A stretch of DNA of 63,983 nt, counting the filler, from Stramenopiles sp. TOSAG23-3 (Eukaryota): assembly GCA_900128585.1 (NCBI GenBank). It is 4 parts of 4 records of this genome, joined end to end, with 100 filler letters (N's around TTAATTAATTAA, not from the genome) between each part and the next. Parts side by side here need not be neighbours in the genome. Positions count along the whole stretch, not along the records: positions 48,668 to 63,983 come from LT642527.1; 3 more parts are not named here. The stretch is one strand, 5' to 3'. The notes beneath the pieces are model-generated. The model searched no databases. It had not been told where the DNA came from and was given only the letters and a program-made list of their open reading frames with translations. A program made the position numbers and the translations under genes. How positions within the stretch are numbered: position 1 is the first letter of the stretch; each line of letters opens with the position of its first letter. Positions 55,862-63,983 of this stretch are shown here, one piece after another.

Positions 55862-58585
55862 ATGCTTTGGTATTTTTTGCTGGCGATTAGCTTGTGTTGG
55901 TGGGGGACCGATGCCGCGTCTATGGATATACATTCTGTTACCGCGCGACGTGCTATTGATTACTTTGGTAGCGTGCCCAAACATGCTGAACTCTCTGAAT
56001 TAATAAAAGCTAGCCCACATGCCATCTTGGGTGGGGCAGACTTTCCGGACTTTTTGTACGCGTGCGGAAAATACGCCGACCACAAGGATGCAGGTGAAGT
56101 CGCGCACTGGCCCCGTTTCCAAGCCGCGGCTGCGAACTACATACGATCTCTTCCTGATTTTCATAATGGAAACACGTCCAAGTGGACCTCGCTTACAAAA
56201 AATATTACAACGTTTTTTTTTGGCGTTACTGTTCACTACGTCGTCGACGAATTATGGGAAGGACTGACTCCTCAGCTCGAGCACCAAGGGATGATTGAAT
56301 TGGTGGACGGTCTGAATCTTGGGATGGAAGGGAAAGGCGATTTGAATGAAACAGTTGGTAATATAGTCGCAGATTTTTATGCCTCGTGGATCCTACCGCA
56401 AAGCAACATTGAGCCATGGGATCGTTTCTTTCCCGTTGAAGCGGTTGTGGACATTTACCATGCGACACCAGAACAAGGTTACGGCCCAGGAAATGGCAAC
56501 TTTACGAATGTGACGGCTTTCGCGTTGAAAGAATGCAAAGTAATATTTGATTTGGGTTTGTGGGCAATTAAAGAATTCGGTGCACTGCTCTTTCCATACT
56601 TTGCTCAAAGAAATCATCAAGTTCCTTTTATTGCCGAACACGTGTTCGACCAACCCCTGAGCGGGATCGAAGACATGGCTGCAATGACAACATTTGCATG
56701 GGGTCGCTTTGCAGAGTGGCTAACTGACGGGCCGCCACCGTTCGATCACGTTTCGCCGCAATCGTCACAAGCAAAAAGTGCTTCGGACGAAGACGATAGA
56801 GAGGCATACGCTTTATTTTCGTCATTGAAACCATTTTCCCACCATGTTCCTCTTCTAAAGACGATACCCGCTGGGGCAGTCCAGTCGTACTTCAAGATCT
56901 TGGAGCTGGACTCGCCAATTCAATACCATGGTCCCGTCGAACATCAAGCGGCATTAACCGATTTGCTACAAGCATGTGTGCAACATTGGACTGGAAAAGT
57001 TGTCGAGATTGCGAAGGAAGTACCCGATAGAAAAGAGCGAGAAAACGACCAGGAAGATGGCGCTGGCGATAATACAATTATCGTTGAAGGTACTAACGCT
57101 GCATCTTACACTGGAAGTGCAATGGCAGGGGGTGATTTTGATGGAGATGGGTCCCCCGATGTTGCCGTTTCGGCTTGGGGGAGTAGCGGTGGTGGTACAC
57201 ACAGCCAACGGGGTGCTGTGCGGTGTGTTTACAATGGCACCAACGGAACAGATCACGGTGGTACGGTACGATCGATCGAAGGCGACAATTACCGTGGTCG
57301 TTTTGGGTTTGCCATGGTTACTCTTGATTTCAATATGGACGGGGTGGATGATCTTGCTGTTTCTGCTCCCGGATACAGTGGCTTTGAGCCATCTTTTGCG
57401 AACAAAAACGGAACGTCGCCATATCCACCTCAAGACGACGGTCCTACATTTCATTTGTATGGCAAAGTCTATGTTTTACTAGGGAAAAGGGGGGTTGGTC
57501 TTCCCTCTTCGTTAGATGATGCAGACGATTTGATCGTTCTGTCGACTAAGAAAATGCTGCGTGGATTGGGGCAGCATTTATTTGTTGGCGATATCGTAAG
57601 TATTTTTTTCTCCTTTCCAACGCAGTTTCAACAAAGGCTAACCCATCATTTTTCACATTCCTCCTATTACTCCAAACCACAGGATCTAGATGGCCATGAC
57701 GATTTAATGATGGGGTGTCCATTAGACAGAAATAATAGCGGGAGTTTGATTGGTGTGGTCTCCTCCAAAACTCGCGAAGGGGGCAATTTCTTAGATGTGG
57801 ACGTGCCGGGCGTTGCCGAATTTATCTTATCTGTACCTTCCGCAGACACAAGTTTTTCCTGGTTTGGCCATGCCGCTCTAACACAGGGAAATATTCTGTT
57901 GGTTGGTGCGCCATATCATAAGACACCAGGGACAAGCAATGTGAGGGGTGCGGTGCACGCGTACTGGCTCAATAGATCGACCCACGAAACTAGCACCAAC
58001 GCGCCATTGCATTATGCATCTATTTCAGGTGCGGAACATTTAGAACAATTTGGGCATGGTCTACATCAAGTGGGGGATGGGAACGACACTGTGGTCGCCG
58101 TTTCGTCTCCTTGCGCTGGGTATCACATTTCACCCGGCTGTGCTGGACGAGTGACCTTGTGGAAACAGAAATCTTTAGGGTCTCTTTTTAATGCGTCGGT
58201 GGTGAACATTCCGGCCCAAGCAATCATACATGGCACGAGCCCTTTTGCGAGATTTGGAACGAGCATGGCATCTTCAAACGCGATGTTGGTCGTGGGCGCA
58301 CCATTTTATACCGCGAACGAATTTGTTATGGATGGGCGCGAAAAAGGGATAGTATTCGGTTTTGACAGAATTCTTTCTGCGTCAGGGAATTTAACGTCTA
58401 ATCAAGCGACGTGGTCTCTTGCAGGAAAGCGACCGCGTGCACGATTTGGCAGTGTTGTGTCTTGCGAAAAGGACAACAACGATCGTGTGTTTGTCGGTTC
58501 TCCCCTTGCAATTGTGAACGGCATGGAACGCGCTGGTGTGCTAGAGATGTGTCCGCCTTACAGTATATCGAAAATAATCAATTGA
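55862..58585 (+). CDS. GPLD1: GPI-specific phospholipase D (Zn-dependent PLC-like domain + FG-GAP propeller), with 87-nt intron 57596-57682
   Basis: Signal peptide; IHSVTARRA, GADFPDFLY, EVAHWP.F, GVTVHYVVDELW; FG-GAP GDFDGDGSPDVAVSA, DFNMDGVDDLAVSAP. Confidence 0.85.
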   Translation: MLWYFLLAISLCWWGTDAASMDIHSVTARRAIDYFGSVPKHAELSELIKASPHAILGGADFPDFLYACGKYADHKDAGEVAHWPRFQAAAANYIRSLPDFHNGNTSKWTSLTKNITTFFFGVTVHYVVDELWEGLTPQLEHQGMIELVDGLNLGMEGKGDLNETVGNIVADFYASWILPQSNIEPWDRFFPVEAVVDIYHATPEQGYGPGNGNFTNVTAFALKECKVIFDLGLWAIKEFGALLFPYFAQRNHQVPFIAEHVFDQPLSGIEDMAAMTTFAWGRFAEWLTDGPPPFDHVSPQSSQAKSASDEDDREAYALFSSLKPFSHHVPLLKTIPAGAVQSYFKILELDSPIQYHGPVEHQAALTDLLQACVQHWTGKVVEIAKEVPDRKERENDQEDGAGDNTIIVEGTNAASYTGSAMAGGDFDGDGSPDVAVSAWGSSGGGTHSQRGAVRCVYNGTNGTDHGGTVRSIEGDNYRGRFGFAMVTLDFNMDGVDDLAVSAPGYSGFEPSFANKNGTSPYPPQDDGPTFHLYGKVYVLLGKRGVGLPSSLDDADDLIVLSTKKMLRGLGQHLFVGDIVSIFFSFPTQFQQRLTHHFSHSSYYSKPQDLDGHDDLMMGCPLDRNNSGSLIGVVSSKTREGGNFLDVDVPGVAEFILSVPSADTSFSWFGHAALTQGNILLVGAPYHKTPGTSNVRGAVHAYWLNRSTHETSTNAPLHYASISGAEHLEQFGHGLHQVGDGNDTVVAVSSPCAGYHISPGCAGRVTLWKQKSLGSLFNASVVNIPAQAIIHGTSPFARFGTSMASSNAMLVVGAPFYTANEFVMDGREKGIVFGFDRILSASGNLTSNQATWSLAGKRPRARFGSVVSCEKDNNDRVFVGSPLAIVNGMERAGVLEMCPPYSISKIIN

Positions 58586-58675
58586 AATATTTTTACTTCT
58601 CTTACGCTACAAATTGCTTTTTTATTATGTCAATAATATAGAATGTCTAAATCTACGATTTCAAATAGCCAGACT

Positions 58676-60418
58676 TTACAAGACTACCGACTTTCGCTTC
58701 TCTTTGTGCCGAAATAACGGGTTCGATGTGGCCCCATCGTCGAAGCGGCCTGGTACTGGTGTACTCGTGCCGTCGCGATGTCCACTCCTACTATCGTCGC
58801 TATCGCTTGACGCGTCATGCTCATCACCATATTTCTCCATTTCGACTGTGGGCGTTCTTCTCTGCTCATGGCTTTTCTTCGATCTATATTTTAACAGCTC
58901 CAAACCGCCTTTCAACAGCAGAAGACCACCAATAACACCACCAAGCACGGCGAAAATTACAACAACGGTATTATTTGGCTTGACAGACAGAGGGGGATCT
59001 TTTCGTGCAACTGATGCTGGAGACGGTGACGCACCGGGCGACACGTTCAAAGGATCAGGTTCGCCGGTCGTCGTTATTTCGACTGTTGCGGTGTTTCCCC
59101 CAGGTGTGTTTGCGAGAACACCCTTCTTGATGTCGGAAATGATACCGCTAATAACATCGCTGGCTTTCAGTTTCGAACTGATGAATTGGACGCCTGTGGT
59201 CCTGTCTGCCCCATTCCCTACTACTACCTTGAAAACTACGCGAACGGTGTCGGAGCTGACCAGCCTTCGTCGTCGACTCGAGACGTCCTCTGCAGAGATA
59301 ATAATTACATCGTTTGCGTTTACGTTGATGTTTTCTGCTATTATTTTCGCCAATTCATTTTTGTGTGCCGCCAGCACTGACCACGATATTCCCTTAACGA
59401 CCAAAGAGAATTGAACAAACACTTTCATCGCGCCACACACACACACGTCGTTGCCGTTGCAGCTTCCAGTGTTTGTATTCTTAACATGGAAGAAGAGCGA
59501 TTTGCTCCCTTCTGCGTAGCACCCCGTTGGATCATCGTTGGAGGCCTCGTTTTCGTCGTCTTTTGCGGTCAGGCCAAGACTCAGTTGGTCACCCGCAGTT
59601 TGACAAGCAGCAAGTGAAGACAGGGGGTATTTGCATTGTCCGAAAGATTGACGGTATACGTCCGTCAAATTTCTACTCCCACAATCGGTGCAATCGCTAC
59701 CGTATGCACACTCTGCATATTCAGCCCCTATGCCACCATCGTCGCATCTGTTATCATTTTTAGACGCACACTCGTTTGTGCACAGTTCACGTTTTGATGC
59801 GGGACTAGAAGTGCTGGTAAAGTTGTACGTGATGGCATCGTCAGTATCTTCCATCGTTGCACACTGCCCAATCGTGCAGTAACATTTATTTTTGTATCCC
59901 CCTCGATGGTAGACGAGAATATTCTTATAGTTCTTTTCAATGCATTTATTGTAACACCTCTTGAACTGAGTGGTATCACTGTAACCGCTCAATTTTGTGG
60001 GTTGGTCGCCGTCTTCTGGATAACCATAGTTATCTTTACAGTAGCCATTAAACTGCCTTTTGAATCCTGAAGGGATGTGCGTAAAATTGTATGTTTTGGC
60101 GGAGGCAACATCCTTCATAGTCGCACATTCGGGGACAGTGCAGTAACATTTGTTTTTATATTCGCCAGTGTGGTAAACAACAATGTAACTCTTGTTCTTC
60201 TGGACACACTTATCGTAGCACTTTTTTAAATCTGTTTTATTTGTGTAATCACTCAATGCCATACCATCGCCATTGTCTTCGGGATAGTAATATTCATTTT
60301 CGCAGTAACCATTGAATTGAAATGTAAACACAGATTCTGAAACCACGTGGTGAGCCGCCGCCGTCAGCATAAGTAGTAAGACCACAAAATGGGCATGGGC
60401 AGTATGATACCGTATCAT
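58676..60418 (-). CDS. Type I surface protein with two tandem Cys-rich repeats, CDDGG-type Cys motif, juxtamembrane domain, TM and NPLF tail
   Basis: Signal peptide from ATG 60418; duplicated FNGYC...YPED...CY.KC...YKNKCYCT...CATM..TYNFT; CDDGG.G...C.YGSDCTDCG.R; RRRRL; TM; SNPLF. Confidence 0.8.
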   Translation of the reverse strand: MIRYHTAHAHFVVLLLMLTAAAHHVVSESVFTFQFNGYCENEYYYPEDNGDGMALSDYTNKTDLKKCYDKCVQKNKSYIVVYHTGEYKNKCYCTVPECATMKDVASAKTYNFTHIPSGFKRQFNGYCKDNYGYPEDGDQPTKLSGYSDTTQFKRCYNKCIEKNYKNILVYHRGGYKNKCYCTIGQCATMEDTDDAITYNFTSTSSPASKRELCTNECASKNDNRCDDGGIGAEYAECAYGSDCTDCGSRNLTDVYRQSFGQCKYPLSSLAACQTAGDQLSLGLTAKDDENEASNDDPTGCYAEGSKSLFFHVKNTNTGSCNGNDVCVCGAMKVFVQFSLVVKGISWSVLAAHKNELAKIIAENINVNANDVIIISAEDVSSRRRRLVSSDTVRVVFKVVVGNGADRTTGVQFISSKLKASDVISGIISDIKKGVLANTPGGNTATVEITTTGEPDPLNVSPGASPSPASVARKDPPLSVKPNNTVVVIFAVLGGVIGGLLLLKGGLELLKYRSKKSHEQRRTPTVEMEKYGDEHDASSDSDDSRSGHRDGTSTPVPGRFDDGATSNPLFRHKEKRKSVVL

Positions 60419-60987
60419 CGTTCTGAATGTTTGAAAGAACAGCAATCAATTGCAACACTTACCTGATGGCAGAATTGTGGAGATTTTCGTTTCTTTGGGT
60501 CCATTCTAGAGATTTTTATGAACAACAATTATTCTTTCTTTCGTTTTGTTGTCCTCTTTTTTTATATTTTATATTATATATAATATAAATATTACACATT
60601 ACACATATTTTATTCTGTTTGCGGGAGGAGGAGAGGAGGAGACAAGAAAAACGAAGAGAAGAAAAAAAAAAGGAAAATGACGAGGAGCAGCGAGGGGCGA
60701 GGGGACGAGAAGAAAAGAAAAGAAAAGAAGAGGGGAGGAGAAGAAAGAACGAAGAAGAAGAAGAAAGAAAGAAGAAGAAAGAAGAGGGTAGAACTATATA
60801 GTTATAATAGTTATTGGTTATTATATAACTTATACTACTCTTTACTCTTCTCTATAATATTTTACTCTCCTCTATTTTATATATACATACCCAAGAAATT
60901 AGAGTAAGTCGTAATCAGCAAATATATAAATTAATTGGAGTTTTTTAGATTCTTTCCTTTCTAGACAGGTGTAGTGCGAAAGCAGGT

Positions 60988-61722
60988 TCAACCAGTGGTA
61001 GAATCCCGAACCGACCCGCGTGTGTCAAAAACAACTTTAACTTCTGGTGATTTTTGTTTGAACAGCGGATTACTTGTCCCGGATTCTCCAGCGAACTTGC
61101 CAATCTTTCTCTTTTCCTTTGCTTTTGCATTGAATACAATTTCTATAGCACCTTGGGAAGCATCGTATACCGGCGGGGGCGACTCCGCTTCAGCTTTCAA
61201 TGGCTTTGCCGAGCTCTGAAATATGCGTTTATTCACCTGATACATGACGAACACAAGCAACAACAACGCGACAGTAAGAATTCCAAGCGTCAAGGTCGAA
61301 TAATCTGGCCCGGTGCGAGGGACGACAATCTTGAACTCTCCTGTCGTTTCTACTGTAATGTTCGTCGTGTTCCGCCCTTTGTGCACCATATTCTCCAGCT
61401 GCAAGGCTACACTGTCCGAAAATTGCTTCGATTTCAGCTTGGAAGTCACTCGCTCCATAGACTTTTTGTTTCTATTTGCTTCCAGTGCAATGGCAAAAAC
61501 AACCTGAACTCGGTCGCTCTCGGCGGCCGTGGACACAATGGTCACCTTATTAAGGCCAATATTACTCGATATTATACCCTGCATGGCATCTAAGTTGGAC
61601 GTGACGGTAGCATGCGCAATACCCCGGAAGAACAGGGAAAAGTGGGCAAATGTGTTTGACAAAGTTATTATTGGCAGCAGCAAGGCGCACAACAGAGTTG
61701 CCGCGGCGAATACAGTCCTCAT
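60988..61722 (-). CDS. Short type I membrane protein, paralog of the C-terminal half of 58676..60418
   Basis: Signal peptide from ATG 61722; shared FxxFSL..(K/R)GI, DxVxVVF, SKLK, TTGE, SNPLF motifs. Confidence 0.7.
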   Translation of the reverse strand: MRTVFAAATLLCALLLPIITLSNTFAHFSLFFRGIAHATVTSNLDAMQGIISSNIGLNKVTIVSTAAESDRVQVVFAIALEANRNKKSMERVTSKLKSKQFSDSVALQLENMVHKGRNTTNITVETTGEFKIVVPRTGPDYSTLTLGILTVALLLLVFVMYQVNKRIFQSSAKPLKAEAESPPPVYDASQGAIEIVFNAKAKEKRKIGKFAGESGTSNPLFKQKSPEVKVVFDTRGSVRDSTTG

Positions 61723-62621
61723 TACAGCCAAAGAAACGTTAGACCTGACCTCGGGCCACGGATAATATGGCACGTCTTGGCGTCTTGGTTGCAAACAAGA
61801 GGGAAAGAAAATAAACAATTACACCCCACGCCCACTATATTCAGTGGCCTCCCCTTTTGTTTTCAGCAAAACAAATCAAATCTTGAATTAATTTCGTTTG
61901 ATATATATTCTTTTTATATAGATATAATAAACAATGTAACTAATGTGAATGAGACTAAAAAGGTTCGTCTTCTATGAGTTAGTGAGAGGGAGGAGGAGGA
62001 GAAGACAAACAGAAGAAGAAAGAAGAAGAGAACAAAGAAGAAGAAGAACAACAACAAAGAAGAACAAAGAAGAAGACGAGAGAAAAAGAAAGGGAGGAGA
62101 GAAGAAAGAAGAAGAAGAAAAGGAAGAAGATGAGAAAAAGTTTAGGATATTATTTTAAAATAAAAAATATAAATATAATCAATCTTCTGGGAGAGCACTT
62201 CTTCCTGCTGTGTGGTGTCTGGTGTCGGTGTGAGTGATGATGAGATGTGTCTTTTGTTGTTTTGTCCCTTCTTTGTCTCTTTGTCCCTTTTCTTTCTTCT
62301 TTTTGTCGTCCGTTCTCTGTACTCTGTAGTATTTTTATTATAATTATATTATTTACATTTTTTTTCTTCTCTCCGAAAAGAATCGCTTTCATTGAAGAGT
62401 TAAAAAAAAAGCAGTTCGAAATCTCCTGTTAAAGAAATATCTAGATCGCCAACAACTCTCTTCTATCGTTGGTTTATCATTCCATCATTTGTTGGTACGT
62501 TCAATTCAATTTTATACACATATATTCATAATATAAACCATGCTGCAGAAGGCAAAACGAAAAACTATTAATTGATTGGACCATCAATTGCCTTCTGTTT
62601 GTATTGAAAAACGTACTACAA

Positions 62622-62697
62622 CATTTTACCTGCTCAGGTCTCGTGGCGTTAAATATTTTTGGCACAAACGAGACCGTCATTGCGGAACATAAAAAAC
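62622..62697 (-). promoter_or_regulatory. Candidate eukaryotic SECIS element in the GILT 3' UTR
   Basis: Minus strand AUGAC-GGUCUCGU...AAAAA...ACGAGACC-UGAG: AUGA/GA core, perfect 8-bp upper stem, unpaired A-run, about 100 nt after the stop. Confidence 0.75.
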
Positions 62698-62780
62698 CCT
62701 TTGAATTCTCTTTCTACACAGTGCAATCTACTAAGATTCCATCGTGCTGAACCGGGTGTTGCGAGTGGAGGTGGTGGTGG

Positions 62781-63473
62781 TTAAAAATGGCAGCCAGCGG
62801 GAAGCTTCTCCGAACCTTCCTTTTGTATGGCGTCGCAGACCGCTTTTAACATCGTGCCTGGGTCTTGCAGGTACACCCCATCAATAAGGACCCAGGGGGT
62901 CCCCAATTTCGATGTCCCAAGATTCGCGGTGAGCTTGGCATTCCGTGCTTCAATTGCTGCGCCTTTTTTGGAATACGTGCACCCGTCGACATCGGTCATG
63001 TTCAAACCATATCTTCTGCCGCACTCGTCGCGAGAGAGGCCTTCGCCTTCATAGCAAACAATGAAATTTCCATGAACGGACGGGTTCGGGTAAAGGTCTA
63101 TCACACACCCCTCAAGCTTGTCCGCGTCGCACTCTTCCTTTCCATGTTGGCATAGGATAGGCGCCGAGAAACAGTCTGGCGATGGGTCCGGATTGGACGA
63201 CCCGCAGTCTTTTACCCAGCAAATCATTCCGTTCTGCTTGTCGAAATTTGGGGTATAGCATTTTTTCGTGTTGTAATAAGCATTCCCCCAAGGAACGAAT
63301 TGAAAATCAATCGCGTCCAGCACTCCTTCGGCATTTATGGTTTCGTTCAATGGTCCCGCAACAGTGTTTTGGCATTCTGGTCACTCTGCTTCCCCGTAAA
63401 AGGAAAGTTGAACCTTTGCAAACGTCTGTGATACAAACACCATTGCAAGCAGACTCTGTAAGAACACCTTCAT
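62781..63473 (-). CDS. GILT (gamma-interferon-inducible lysosomal thiol reductase) family selenoprotein, Sec31 at TGA 63383-63381
   Basis: ATG 63473 gives signal peptide MKVFLQSLLAMVFVSQTFA, then KVQLSFYGEAE-TGA-PEC in frame with ORF 62781..63350 (FVPWGNA, CQHGKEEC, TPWVLIDG). Confidence 0.88.
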
Positions 63474-63923
63474 GGTTTGTTCGTTTCGTTGACAATTTTA
63501 TACAATAACACAAAATCTAGGGTCAATGAAACAATACTTCTGTGATTATCTCGATTGCTGGTCCCCTTTTTGTTCAAAACAAACGGTTATCCGTGAAGTA
63601 TTTTATTTGCATTATAGAATCATGTAAACATTCCTTTAGAATTCAATTTTCAATTCTCAAAAGGATGATTGTTGACGAATAATAATAATATAATAATAAT
63701 TTAAATAATTTTATTGATGATGATGGATGATTGTTGTGTTGACCGACCTGCCGGCCGCGCCAAGTCATCAAATACCCTACAACTACCTCTACTATATAAT
63801 AATAAACAACAAAATAAGACTAAGGTATTTGATGAATATTTAAACAAGTAGGAAATTTTACTGTATTCGTTTAGTACTGTAGTGGTATATCCCAACCATT
63901 CAATTTCATTAATTAAAATCTCT

Positions 63924-63924
<1 letters not shown>

Positions 63925-63982
<58 letters not shown>

Positions 63983-63983
63983 A
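63925..63983. repeat. (GAAA)n microsatellite
   Basis: Perfect tetranucleotide run to the window end. Confidence 0.95.

Noticed and set aside
58614-59414. 266-aa plus-strand ORF
   Set aside because: Antisense to the surface protein gene
60456-60470. ACTTACCTG as a U1 snRNA 5' end
   Set aside because: No U1 stem-loops or Sm site follow; better explained as a minus-strand splice donor

Overview
Eukaryotic, gene-dense, intron-poor DNA, most likely from a heterotrophic flagellated protist (stramenopile/MAST-like; this is inference from gene content and style). The window is not one locus. It is four unrelated contigs of about 16 kb (1-16150, 16251-32384, 32485-48567, 48668-63983+) joined by artificial N44-TTAATTAATTAA-N44 spacers, so adjacency across spacers means nothing. 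Contigs 1, 2 and 4 have roughly 50% GC genes separated by AT-rich spacers. They encode an alpha/beta hydrolase, a HEAT/EF-hand protein, a COPI-associated protein, LSM5, a glycosyltransferase, a CCDC151/ODA-DC-like protein, an LtaS-like sulfatase, a THUMP-PCIF1 fusion, FAN1, a GH3 xylosidase, GPI-PLD, surface proteins and GILT. Contig 3 is much more AT-rich and error-ridden: a frameshifted VPS8, an AlkB-like dioxygenase, a giant Thr/Gly-repeat protein, and a mosaic of copied fragments. Best hidden signal: a GILT thiol reductase whose active site is encoded as TGA-x-x-TGC (UxxC) with a SECIS-like hairpin in its 3' UTR, i.e. a selenoprotein truncated by the ORF track. Second: an F-box-like + THUMP + degenerate methyltransferase + PCIF1/CAPAM-type methyltransferase fusion. 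Inverted terminal duplications suggest whole-genome-amplification chimeras.
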